NCBI GenBank assembly: GCA_963709345.1 | Contig: CAVPVX010000004.1 | Coordinates: 64,001 to 128,000 of the forward strand | Direction: 5' to 3' | Length of the DNA stretch: 64,000 bases | From: an uncultured Actinomycetes bacterium | GTDB taxonomy: Bacteria > Actinomycetota > Thermoleophilia > UBA2241 | In this document: positions 50,509 to 60,608 of the stretch, piece after piece | How positions within the stretch are numbered: the first letter of the stretch is position 1 | Layout: the number at the start of each line of letters is the position of its first letter | Notes under the pieces: generated by a model | Seen by the model: only the letters and a program-made list of their open reading frames with translations | What the model was told of the DNA's origin: nothing | Database searches by the model: none | Position numbers and translations under genes: made by a program

Positions 50509-50686
50509 GATGGGCGGCTGCGGGCTCGGGAGCTTTCCCTGCGGCCACATCGCCAGTTTCGAGGCCGGCAAAGACGACCCCTACAGTGGAGCTGCGACAG
50601 TCGTGGTGACGGCCGCGACGTTCGACCCCTTCCTCGGCATGGTGGCGGGGATCGTCGTCCGCTTCCTCACCGGGTTGATCCTGTGA
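50509..50686 (+). pseudogene. Membrane permease C-terminal fragment (possibly NCS2/AzgA-like)
   Basis: VVVTAATFDPFLGMVAGIVVRFL* directly before the isochorismatase RBS. Confidence 0.35.
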
Positions 50687-50708
50687 AGCACAAGAAGGGA
50701 GAGAGACC

Positions 50709-51224
50709 ATGAACCCCGAGAACGCCGCGCTCCTTGTGATCGACGTCCAGCACGACTTCATCGATGAGGGCGCTCCGGTGTACTGCGTCGGCGGCAAAGA
50801 GATGCTGCCCAAGGTGCGCCGGCTGATTGACGCCTGCCGAGACGCGGGCATCCCCATCGTCTACACGCAGGAGGTGGCGCCCATGCCCGAGGACATCGTC
50901 GTGCGCAAGCCTCGCTACAACGCCTTCCTCGGAACCGACCTCGAGTTCGTGTTGAACGGCCTCGGCGTCATGCCCCACGACACGCTGATCGTCTGCGGCG
51001 ACGCGACCAACGTCTGCGTCCACTACACCGCAGCCGAGGCGCACCAGCGCGACTACCGAGTGAAGGTCGTCGAGGACTGCTGCGCGGGCAGCAGCCCGGA
51101 GGCGCACGAAGCCGCGCTCGCGCAGATCGAGTACCTGCAGCATGGCTCGCGCGTCACGCTCGACGAGATCCAGGACGAACTCCCCCGCTTCAGGCGCGAG
51201 CAGGCGGGCGCGAAAGGACGCTAG
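50709..51224 (+). CDS. Isochorismatase-family cysteine hydrolase, apparently internally deleted
   Basis: LLVIDVQHDF, KPRYNAF, ATNVCV; the segment expected between YTQEV and APMPED is missing. Confidence 0.8.
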   Translation: MNPENAALLVIDVQHDFIDEGAPVYCVGGKEMLPKVRRLIDACRDAGIPIVYTQEVAPMPEDIVVRKPRYNAFLGTDLEFVLNGLGVMPHDTLIVCGDATNVCVHYTAAEAHQRDYRVKVVEDCCAGSSPEAHEAALAQIEYLQHGSRVTLDEIQDELPRFRREQAGAKGR

Positions 51225-51345
51225 AGCACTGTCACAAAAACCGCTTCACAGCGTCCGACCTTCTCGAGGATCGCGTCGATCGAAGCCGTCCAGATGAAGG
51301 GCTTCGGGTCCTCGTTGTGGGTGTCTAGGTAGGCCTGGACCACAG
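51221..51345 (-). mobile_element. IS630-family transposase C-terminal remnant
   Basis: QAYLDTHNEDPKPFIWTASIDAILEKVGRC, ending at a CTAG. Confidence 0.78.
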
Positions 51346-51855
51346 CAGAAGGCCCGGGACACAGCCTGGGTGCCACAACTGGTTGTTGTACACGAGAGGC
51401 CATCACATGACCCGCGACGACGCCGGCAGGCCAGACGCTGACGGAATCTCCAGAACCGACGGTTCGGCAACTCGAGGCCAAGAACCGTCGGTTCTGGCGA
51501 TTCTGGCGCTGCCCAAGTCGTCGACGCCGATCACGGGCGGATCTGGCAGACTGTCGGAAAGCTGCGCCGCCGCCACGCCTGGGAGGTGGACGCGGTCGCG
51601 AGGGCCGGCTGGGGTACCGGCTGCAGCGCTGGCCGTTCTGCTTCAGTCGCCACCGAAGCCGGGGCTCTCGCCGAAGGGCGCCCGGCGAGGGCGGACGTCG
51701 TACATGGGCAGCCTCACTCCAAGCACCGACCGGCGCCCGGCATCGCCGACCGGACGCCCAAGGCGCTGCCTACCGTGAACGACCAGGCTCAGGCTGGCTC
51801 CCCGAGCAGAGAGCACACGCCCGGAGTGAGCTCATGCCGTGATGTCGCGGCGGCG

Positions 51856-52314
51856 TCACGAGGCTGCGTCGATGGCCCGGAATCGCGACAGGCCTGTGTC
51901 CTCATCTGTGATGCGCCGGATCGACGGGCCGGTGAGTTCCTGCAGCATCATCTCGCACGAGTACACGATGCAGCCGGGCGATAGATCGCCCCCGAACGCC
52001 GCCCCAAGCTCGTCTCCCAGAACCAAGTGACAGTGGACCTCCATGCCGTCACTCGATCTGAGAGCCGTGCCGACGAGGTGCAGGAGCATCAGCGGGCGGT
52101 CGAACTCGATGAGCCGATCCTGATGCGCCGCTTGGTCGTAGTAGGTCAGGGCGGCTTTGGAAAGGCTGCCGATGGTCTCGATACGACAGAAGTCAAGGTC
52201 GCGGTCCATGACCGCGCGTTCGATCTCCTCGAGGAGGTCGCTGCCAAAGGGCGGCGTGATGAGGATCGTACTGCCTGTCGTGAACGCGGCGGAAATGCCG
52301 GGCTGCGCCTTCAT
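51856..52314 (-). CDS. PPC/DUF296 domain protein
   Basis: IGSLSKAALTYYDQ, LVGT, HCHLVLGD..AFGG. Confidence 0.8.
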   Translation of the reverse strand: MKAQPGISAAFTTGSTILITPPFGSDLLEEIERAVMDRDLDFCRIETIGSLSKAALTYYDQAAHQDRLIEFDRPLMLLHLVGTALRSSDGMEVHCHLVLGDELGAAFGGDLSPGCIVYSCEMMLQELTGPSIRRITDEDTGLSRFRAIDAAS

Positions 52315-52821
52315 ATCATTCTCGCCCGATTCGACGTACTGTCCGGGTGGAAGTCGGCGTGCCCAGCTTCCATCGGACCGGCCAGTCACAGACGCTGTGC
52401 AGCGGCGCCCTCACTCCAAACGACATCATCGTGGTCTCCTCCTTTGATCAGGCACGAAGGGTGCCCCCAATTTCCTGCTAAGGCAAGAATACCTTGGATT
52501 CCGGGCTGGCTGCAGGAGAGTCGGCATCGCTGCGGGACGGAGACCGGCGGCGGGCGGGGCGTCGGCCGCCGGCGACGCACGCGTTGTCCGGCGGGCACGT
52601 CCGTAGGCGAGAGGATCTGTCGGTTCCGGCAGTTTCGGCACGGTGGTCGCGTGACACAGCCGGTCTCGCAGCCAGTCGCGGAAGACGGGGCATCGTCGCT
52701 GTACCAGCTAGCGCCGAATACCCGTGGACGGTGCCGTCTGAACGCACGCATCTGGGTTGCAGAATGGTTGCAGAACGGGGGTCTAGCGAAGGGCAAGAGA
52801 AGCGATTGCGCTGCAAATGAG

Positions 52822-52869
52822 TGGTAGCGCATACGGGATTCGGACCCGAGTTACCGCCGTGAGAGGGCG
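52822..52869 (-). repeat. att-like copy of the tRNA-Glu 3' portion (internal junction)
   Basis: 46/48 identical to 55544-55591; GCATCTGGGTTGCA on both sides. Confidence 0.92.
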
Positions 52870-53500
52870 CCCCGGGGGCCTGTCCGATAGGGACCAGAGA
52901 AGTGCGTTTGATCACTGGCAGTCACAAAACTGTGGCCATTTGCAGCGAAAGTCGGCGGGCCGTTTCCCGAGGCGTCCCAACGAGTTCCAGCGCGAACCGG
53001 GCATCTGGGTTGCATCAGTGTCAGTCTGAGTCATGGTGGGCCGCGCCAGGGAGGTCCCTTCCACGACGAGGCGGTGCGGTGAAGACTGTCGTGCGTCGTG
53101 AGCTTGGTCGACATCGGCAGCGGGCGAACCGGGAGCCGCGATGCTCATCGCCATGTTCAACGAGACCAGGGGATGGGTCGGGAAGGGAAGGTCGCGGGGC
53201 GATCACGGCCGCGGCGCTCGATCCGCGGGCGCTCGAATTCGACCATCCCTCCCTGAGACGATAACATCGCAGCTGTCTGCACTCTTCTTCTGGGGGGTTG
53301 GAGAATGCTGAGGCCCGCTGCGCTTGCCGCCCATGGCGGTCCTTCTCCTGATCCTCGTCTGCAGGGGCCTCCGGCCTTACCTCTTCGCCCCCTGCCGCAC
53401 GAGGACCAGCGCCGCGAGGGAGTCCGCTCGGCGACGGCATCGGCGGCCGGTGCGGACTATCACCGTCACGCTCGACGAGGGGGACAGATGATCGCGATGG

Positions 53501-55010
53501 GTGAGAGCGGACGAGAGAGGCCTTCAGACAGGCGGCGAGGTTCGTCACGACCCCGGGATCGGGCGTGTGCCCGCGCTGGCGATCGTGCTCGTGGCTCTGG
53601 CCGCCATCGCCGTCGTGGCTGGGTGCGGCGGCCCGGGCGGTGGCGGGGAACGGCGAAGTCGCGTCGGCGACCCCGCCGCTTTCGAGACCGCTGCGCAGAA
53701 GGCCGGCTTCACCGTCCAGGAGGGGAAGTTCGAGGTCTTCGATATCGCCGCCATGTACGACGCCGGGCTCATCCCCTGCTGTTGGGGCAACAACCCGAGC
53801 ACGCCATGAGCATGGATCCACAAGCTGCCGATGGCGCCGGGACAGACGGCTCGCCGACACGGCCAGCGACGCGCCGATCGAACCAGAGAACAAGGGCCTC
53901 TGGGGTGACTGGCGCCTGCGCCCCGATCGAGGCCGTCGTCTACATCGGACCTACGCCGCCGGAGCTCGACTACTACAGCTACCGCAGCTACATCGCGATA
54001 CGGTACTTCCCCAAGGAGGGCCGTGCGCGCCGCGTCTTCGCCAGCCTCGGCGATACCATCAACCACCTCGACATCAAGACCACCGGTACGCCTGACGGCG
54101 CGCAGGGGAAGCCGTTCGGCCAGACGACCGTGATCATCACCACCGCCGACAAGTGCGCGCAGCGCGACGCCCGCAGAAGGCGGGGTACTCGTCGTCGATC
54201 GATCAACACCGACGTGATCCCGTCGGGCTCGTCCACATGCGGCCTCGACGCGCACAGCGACACGTTCACGTTCGGTCCATCGCGTGGCGTTCTTCAAGGA
54301 CAAGCAGGCAGGCGACGCGTACGCTTGGTGCCCCGCAGGGCGCGGTCTTTCGCCTCACCCCGACGCAGGAGACGTCGACTGCCGACCTGCAGCCCTTTCC
54401 TGTCCCCGAGCTCAAGGTCCGCGGCACCGGCGACACGAGAGAGCTCGACCTCGAGGCGGCCGTCGACCGGCTGCGTGACGCGATCCTCGAGAAGCACAGC
54501 TCGGAGCGCGCCACAGAGTTGTCGACCGGCGTGTGGCTCGGCGAGGGCTACGATCCAGCGCGGCATCGACGTCATCGGCGAGAACCGCGACACGATCTAC
54601 CTACGGCTCCGACGACTTCGTCCTCGGCGACGACTCCGACGCTATCTGATCGTCTACGGCGTGAACCACGCTCGCCCGGCAAGGTGATCTATTCGAACTT
54701 CGGCGTTACGGCGAGCAGGCCGTGAACGGGGTGGGCCGTGGCCGGCGAGATGCTAAGGGCACCGCGACGAGTATCTGGCCGGCGACCCGGACGCAAAGTA
54801 CCTGTACGTCTTCAAGGTGGCACGCCATGCCAGGGCGACCCGCGCTGTCTCGAGGTGAAGGTCGGCGACAAGGCCGAGGAGATCGGGCCAAGGAACCGGC
54901 TTTCGTCGGCTTTCGCGCCTACGTCGAGCCCTCGACCAAGGCGGGGCCCGACTACGCCGAGGTCCTCGTACGACCGCGTGATCAAGCTCGGGCCGGGGAA
55001 GGAGAAGTGA
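53501..55010 (+). pseudogene. Secreted lipoprotein gene broken by many frameshifts
   Basis: Lipobox VVAGC; coding-like pieces in alternating frames (CWGNNPSTP, EAVVYIGPTPP..YYSY, FASLGDTIN, LIVYGVNH, VGFRAYVEPSTKAGP). Confidence 0.7.
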
Positions 55011-55059
55011 GACCTCGAACGGCGGGATGAGCACAGCACGCGGGGGACGGACGACCGCG

Positions 55060-55300
55060 ACCTGTGGCGCCCCGGATGGGAACAGGGACGACTGGTGGGC
55101 GCGCTCGCCGCGTTTGTTCTCGACGACGGATCTGGGGAGCCCGCTGGGCGTCCAGCCAGACGAGCGGGGCCGCGGGATCACAGGAGCACTTCTCCGCCAC
55201 GTCTTCGGCGGTCTCGCCGCTGACGGGGTCCGCTCGGTGCTGATGGTCGAAGACGCTGAGAGCCTCACAGGAGCCACCGCGCTCTACGGGACTTCGCAAT
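55060..55300 (+). pseudogene. GNAT acetyltransferase C-terminal fragment
   Basis: LGVQPDERGRGITGALL (motif A) ..DAESLTGATALY. Confidence 0.55.
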
Positions 55301-55421
55301 GGGCGTGGCGAGATGCTTCGACCTGCGCGAGCGAAAGGCAGGTGATGCGTCCCGACCGCGCCGACGATCCATACGCGGACCAAGCAGGGTCCCAGATGTA
55401 CCAACCGCAGACTGCGTCGCA

Positions 55422-55495
55422 GCGTCCCAGGCGTCCCGGCGTCCCAGGCGTCCCGGTTGCACTTTCGGTTGCATTTCGGTTGCAGAAGGGTTGTA
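55422..55495. repeat. Short tandem repeats beside tRNA-Glu (arm-type-site-like)
   Basis: Four GCGTCCC, then GGTTGCA at 55455, 55467, 55478 and GGTTGTA at 55489. Confidence 0.75.
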
Positions 55496-55543
55496 GCCGA
55501 CCGGTCTGGCGGAGGGGTAACGAGGCGATTTCGCTGAGATGGC

Positions 55544-55619
55544 TGGTAGCGCATACGGGATTCGAACCCGTGTTACCGCCGTGAGAGGGCGGCGTCCTAG
55601 GCCCCTAGACGAATGCGCC
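55544..55619 (-). tRNA. tRNA-Glu(CTC)
   Basis: GGCGCATTCGTCTAGGGGCCTAGGACGCCGCCCTCTCACGGCGGTAACACGGGTTCGAATCCCGTATGCGCTACCA. Confidence 0.96.
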
Positions 55620-55901
55620 ACGCAAGAACGGGGCTGCTGCTCCGGCGAGACCTCCATGCCCGTTCCCATATGGAAAGGTGCTGCGGAGCGAAGGTCCCAT
55701 AAGTGCTACCACGGTCCAGAGCCGCTGGTGCTGCCACCCGTCGATTGCACAGCGGCAGCGGCGAATTAGGGTAGCACAAGAGCCGCGCACGGCAAACCCT
55801 GGACGCTCCCGGCACGCGGCCGCGTCTTCCCGGCCGGCTCCCATACCTCCCGCGTGGCGTGATACGGTTTCGTGACCGACTCAGCGGACCGCGGGAGGCA
55901 A

Positions 55902-57321
55902 GTGAGCCACGCCGACGAGGTCATCACCGACGTGAACACGCGGCGTGTGGTCGCACGCGCCCGGGAGGACTGCTTCACGATCGCCTGGGACTACCCCGGA
56001 CGCACCGTGCTCGAGGTGCGCATCCTGCGTTCTGAGCGCGGCCCTGCCGAGTCTGCCGAAGCTGCCGGGGAGAGCGGGCAGATCCTCGTCTATCAGGACG
56101 TGAACGGGTCGTTCCGCGACGCCGGGCTGCGACAGGACCGGCCCTACTACTACACTGTTTTCGCCCGCCATCCGGGCGCCGAGTGGGTCCGCTGGGGCGA
56201 CTACCCGGCCTCGTTCGCCCCGCCCGCCCGCCGACGCCGGTTCGGCCGGCTGTTCACGAAGGCGCTTCGCCTGCCTCTCGTGCCGGCTGCGCTTCTGGCG
56301 CTGTGCGCGGTGGCGATCCTCGCTGCCGTGCCCCCCGCTGCTCTCTCGGACGACGAGACGGCCGGAGGTGCGGCGAAGGGCGCCGCTGCCGACGAGCCGG
56401 CGCCGTCTGAGGCGGAAGCCGCCGCGCGGGCCTTCGTGGAGGCCGAGGGTGACGTTTCGCGCGTCCTCGCCGGCAGGGGCTCGGCCGTCAGCGCGACCGC
56501 GTGGGGCGGGTCGGAGGCCGAGCCCGCCGGATTCACGCTGGTCTATCGCTGGCCGGCAGCGAGCGCCGACTCCGTGAACGGGGAGTGGCCGCTGCTCCGC
56601 ACCGGGCAGGAGACGCCCTCGCCGCCCTACGACTCGACCACGTACCGGCTGCGCGCGGACGAGGTGAGCGCGCTGCGAGTCGACGTGGTGATGGACGGCC
56701 CGCGGATCGTCCAGCTCATGCCGGTCAACGGCGAGACTGATCTCGTGCTCCGCGAACAGACCTGGACGCCGTTCAGCTGGTTCCCTTGGTTCACCGCGCG
56801 ACCATGGGCCCTGGCCCCGGTCTTCCTCGTGCTGACGGCGCTCCTGCTGGCGCGAGCCTGGCAACGCTCGCGCGCCTGGAATCGCCGGCTCCCGTCGATG
56901 ACTCGGCACGACCGCCAGTTCATCGGCCGGGTCGCAATCATCCTGTTTCTCTTGGCCGGCTTCATCTGGCAGGCGTACCAAGGCTGGTTCGCCGCCACGG
57001 GACCGTCGGTGGGCTCGAGCGGTTCCTCGGCCGGCGATCTCACGTCGCTCCCCTTGCTGCTCATACCGCCGGCGATCTTCGTCGCCGCCCTGATCCTCGA
57101 GCTGAGCGCCGGACCGCACCGAGGCTCCTGGGCGCTTCTGGCCGTACTCGCCGGCGCCGTCAGCGTCTTCAACCTTGCCACCGCGCTCACCGGCGCGACC
57201 ACCAATCTCAACCTCAGTTACTACATCCTGTGCGCCGTGCTTGCGCTCATCGCCATTCCCCTGTACGTTCTCCGCCGGCAAGACGGGGTGGAGCCGCAGT
57301 CATTCGGCGTACGGCGGCTGA
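55902..57321 (+). CDS. Hypothetical membrane protein with FN3-like N-terminal domain (probable frameshift near 57262)
   Basis: GGGAGG+GTG 55902; FRDAGL..PYYYTVFA; several TM helices. A 1-nt shift gives a stop at 57321; otherwise the ORF runs antisense through the next gene. Confidence 0.6.
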
Positions 57322-57383
57322 CTGCGCCGGGCGGCGCGGCCAGCCGCGCCGGCAGATCGCGCCCCGTCTCACGCGCCCGCCCG

Positions 57384-57761
57384 TCAGCGCTCGATGAGCT
57401 CCACCCAGTTGCCGTCTGGGTCGGCGACGAACGCGAGGCGGGTGCTGCCGCCCTCGTGTGTCTTCGGCGGCCGGCCGACGTCGCCGGCGCCGGCCGCCAG
57501 CAGACGCTCGTAGGTCGCATCGACGTCGTCGACGTCGAAGGCGAAGTGCCCGAAGCGATCCCCGCCGTCGTAGGGATCGTCCTTACCCCAGTTGTAGACG
57601 AGCTCGATGGCGAAGTCGCCCGCCTCCGGCTCCAGGAACGCCAGAGTCGCCCTGCCCTTGGTCAGATCGCTGCGCCGGACGCACGTCATGCCGAGTGCCT
57701 CGTAGAACTCGATCGCCTTCTCCAGGTTCTTCGTCCGTGTCGCGACGTGTACGAACTTCAT
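57384..57761 (-). CDS. gloA: Lactoylglutathione lyase (glyoxalase I, VOC family)
   Basis: IELVYNWG, FGHFAFDVDD, AFVADPDGNWVELI. Confidence 0.85.
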   Translation of the reverse strand: MKFVHVATRTKNLEKAIEFYEALGMTCVRRSDLTKGRATLAFLEPEAGDFAIELVYNWGKDDPYDGGDRFGHFAFDVDDVDATYERLLAAGAGDVGRPPKTHEGGSTRLAFVADPDGNWVELIER

Positions 57762-58131
57762 GTCGTCCCCTTCTGTGTGCGCGGGCCGTATCTGTCGGTG
57801 CGTTCGACGAGAGCGTACCCGTCTTGCGCCGAGATGGGCGCATCCCTCCGTCGCTCGACGTGGATGCGCGCGGCTCAGCCCGGTGTTCCGGCTGCGTGGC
57901 GGCGATCGCCGACGCAGACACCGTCTTCGCCGCGCGGCGCCGGCCCGTCGGACCCTGCCCGCCGGGAGACTGGCCCGCCCGGCCCGCCCCGCCTTCCCGG
58001 TTCTTCCGTCACGACACATTGTCGTTGCCGAGGGCGGGTGCTAGCGTCTTTCTTCAGTCGTAGATAGCCAGAGAGCCCATGCATAGTCGCGACCCGGCGG
58101 TTCGTCGCCGCCGGTCCACAAGGAGGGGCAC

Positions 58132-59862
58132 ATGCCGGACGAGACCACCCAGGGAGCCGCGGGCCAGTCCGAGGCCCACCGGCCCACCGTCGACGAGCTC
58201 AAGGCCAAGGCGTACCAGCCCATGGAAGACGCCATGAAGCTCCACCCCTTCTACAAGGGCAAGATCGAGACCGCGCTCAAGTGCTGCGTGCGTGACTTCC
58301 AGGACTTCGGCATCTGGTACACGCCCGGCGTGAGCAAGCCCTGCCTCGACATCAAGGACGACCCCGAGAAGGTCTACGAGCACACCAACAAGGGCAACAC
58401 GGTGGCCGTGATCAGCGACGGTACCCGCGTGCTGGGCATGGGCGACATCGGCCCCAAGGCCGGCATGCCGGTGATGGAGGGCAAGAGCCTGCTCTACAAG
58501 TACCTCGGCGGCGTGGACGGCTTCCCGCTCATGGTCGACACGAAGGACCCGGACAAGTTCATCGAGTTCGTGAAGCTCGTGCAACCCGGGCTCGGCGGCG
58601 TGAACCTCGAAGACATCTCACAGCCGAAGTGCTTCCGCATCCTCGACACGCTTCGCGAAGAGTGCGAGATCCCGGTGTGGCACGACGATCAGCAGGGCAC
58701 GGCGTGCGTCACGCTCGCCGGCCTCGTCAACGCGCTCAAGGTCACCGGCAGGAAGATCGACGAGGTCAAGATCGCCTTCATCGGTTCGGGCGCCGCCAAC
58801 GTCGCCATCAGCCGACTCATCTTCGCCTACGGCGCCGACCCCGCGAAGTGCCGCGTCGTCGACTCGAAGGGCATCCTGCACAAGGGGCGCGCCGACATCG
58901 AAGCGGTCAAGACCGAGTGGGTCGACAAGTGGAAGTACTGCCAGATCACCAACGAGGAGCAGCGCCAGGGCAGCATCCCGGACGCGCTTCGCGACGCCGA
59001 CGTCTGCATCGCCCTCAGCAAGCAGGGACCCGACACGATCGACAAGGAGTGGATCAGGGCGATGGCCCCCGATCCGATCGTCTTCGTGTGCGCCAATCCC
59101 ACCCCCGAGATGTGGCCCTGGGACGCCAGGGAGGCCGGCGCCGCCGTCGTCGCTACCGGCCGCTCCGACTTCCCCAACCAGGTGAACAACTCGGTCGGCT
59201 TCCCCGGCATCTTCCGCGGCACGCTCGACGTGCGCGCCAAGACCATCACCGACGAGATGTGCATCGCCGCAGCCGAGGAACTCGCCAAGGTCGCCGAGGA
59301 CAAGGGTCTTTCCGCCGACTACATCATGCCGACCATGGACGACTGGGAGGTCTTTCCGCGTGAGGCCGCGGCGGTGGCGATGAAGGCCATCGAGCAGGGC
59401 ATCGCGCTGCGCACCGACCTGACCTTCGAGCAGGAGGTCGAGGAGGCCACGGCGATCATCGCCCGCGCCCGCGGACAGGTGCAGGACGCGATGGCGATCG
59501 GGTACATCCCGATGCCCGAGGGCAGCCGCGCGCCGGCGCCGACGAGGGCGGCCATGAAGGCCGCCGCCCGCGGAGCGGGCGACTACGCCGGCGAGATGGC
59601 CGACAAGGCCGTCGACAAGATCACGCCGGCGGCGGACAAGTTCGCGGAGGTCGCGGAGAGGGCCGTCGACAAGGCGGCCGAAGCGATCAAGAGGGCCGCC
59701 GATCGCATGAAGTCGGATCGCGGCCAGGCCCAGGCAGGCGAGACGGCCGCTCCCGGCGACGCCGCCCCGAGCTCGGCGCCCGCCGACGCCGTGGACGCTG
59801 CGCCCGCCGACGCCGACGCCGACGCTGACGCCGGCTCCGGCGAGGCCGCCAGGCCCGAGTGA
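58132..59862 (+). CDS. NAD(P)-dependent malic enzyme with C-terminal extension
   Basis: [49 protein letters not shown]. Confidence 0.95.
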   Translation: MPDETTQGAAGQSEAHRPTVDELKAKAYQPMEDAMKLHPFYKGKIETALKCCVRDFQDFGIWYTPGVSKPCLDIKDDPEKVYEHTNKGNTVAVISDGTRVLGMGDIGPKAGMPVMEGKSLLYKYLGGVDGFPLMVDTKDPDKFIEFVKLVQPGLGGVNLEDISQPKCFRILDTLREECEIPVWHDDQQGTACVTLAGLVNALKVTGRKIDEVKIAFIGSGAANVAISRLIFAYGADPAKCRVVDSKGILHKGRADIEAVKTEWVDKWKYCQITNEEQRQGSIPDALRDADVCIALSKQGPDTIDKEWIRAMAPDPIVFVCANPTPEMWPWDAREAGAAVVATGRSDFPNQVNNSVGFPGIFRGTLDVRAKTITDEMCIAAAEELAKVAEDKGLSADYIMPTMDDWEVFPREAAAVAMKAIEQGIALRTDLTFEQEVEEATAIIARARGQVQDAMAIGYIPMPEGSRAPAPTRAAMKAAARGAGDYAGEMADKAVDKITPAADKFAEVAERAVDKAAEAIKRAADRMKSDRGQAQAGETAAPGDAAPSSAPADAVDAAPADADADADAGSGEAARPE

Positions 59863-59875
59863 GGGATGACGATCG

Positions 59876-60163
59876 ATGAAGGAGTGCCCCACCTGCAGGT
59901 CGGAGCTGCCCGACATCGCCGTCGCCTCCCCCAGCTGGGGCGGCAACTGGCAGCCGGACGGCAGCTTCCAGACGCCGTGGGACGCCGAGATGGCGCGGAT
60001 GGCGGCCGAGCGGGAGCGCAAGGTCACGGCCGCCGAGCAGGTCGGCAAGCCGGGCAAGCCACAACCGCACTTCTTCCTCGAGGACGAGGGCCATCTCGTG
60101 GCCACGCTCGCGCTCGCCGCGATCGCGGCGGGGTTCATCGCCGGCATCGCCGTGCTGTTCTGA
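59876..60163 (+). CDS. Small hypothetical protein (CxxC N-terminus, C-terminal TM)
   Basis: MKECPTC; C-terminal hydrophobic helix; operon position. Confidence 0.55.
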   Translation: MKECPTCRSELPDIAVASPSWGGNWQPDGSFQTPWDAEMARMAAERERKVTAAEQVGKPGKPQPHFFLEDEGHLVATLALAAIAAGFIAGIAVLF

Positions 60164-60191
60164 CTCCCGCGGGTCGAAAAAGGAGTCTGAC

Positions 60192-60524
60192 GTGACCCGG
60201 ATCCGCGAGATCGACGTCGGCGAAGTCACCGCCGCCGTGACAGACATGTGCATCACGGCGAACTACGACCTGCCGTGCGACGTGTACGACGCGCTCGTCG
60301 CGGCGCGGCGGAACGAGGAGAGCCCGGGCGGCCGCGAGGTGCTCGGCCAGCTGGTCGAGAACGCCGACATCGCCGCCGCCGACCGCGTGCCGATCTGCCA
60401 GGACACCGGTCTCGCGGTGATCTTCGCCGAGGTGGGACAGGACGCGCACCTCACCGGCGGCGACTTCGAGGCTGCCGTGCACGAAGGGGTCCGGCAGCGG
60501 TACGCCGACGACGTCGGGCTCTGA
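60192..60524 (+). pseudogene. Truncated class I fumarate/tartrate hydratase alpha subunit
   Basis: AAGGAG RBS; PICQDTG; stops after 110 codons; no beta subunit nearby. Confidence 0.85.
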
Positions 60525-60608
60525 GGCCACCGCCGGCCGGCCCGCCGCCGTCGCCGCGAGCGCGGTGCACTTCGTGAGCGGGTACAATCATCCGATGGAG
60601 GGATCGTC

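Larger units (their letters stand above)
39805..55591. mobile_element. Composite genomic island / tandem integrated elements at tRNA-Glu
   Basis: Bounded and subdivided by tRNA-Glu direct repeats; contains IS remnants and pseudogenes; no integrase seen. Confidence 0.8.

Noticed and set aside
51453-51495. Palindromes as LexA SOS boxes
   Set aside because: Spacing is GAAC-N5-GTTC rather than the Gram-positive N4
39805-55591. Repeats as a CRISPR array or prophage
   Set aside because: The repeats are tRNA-derived and kilobases apart; no cas or phage structural genes are present
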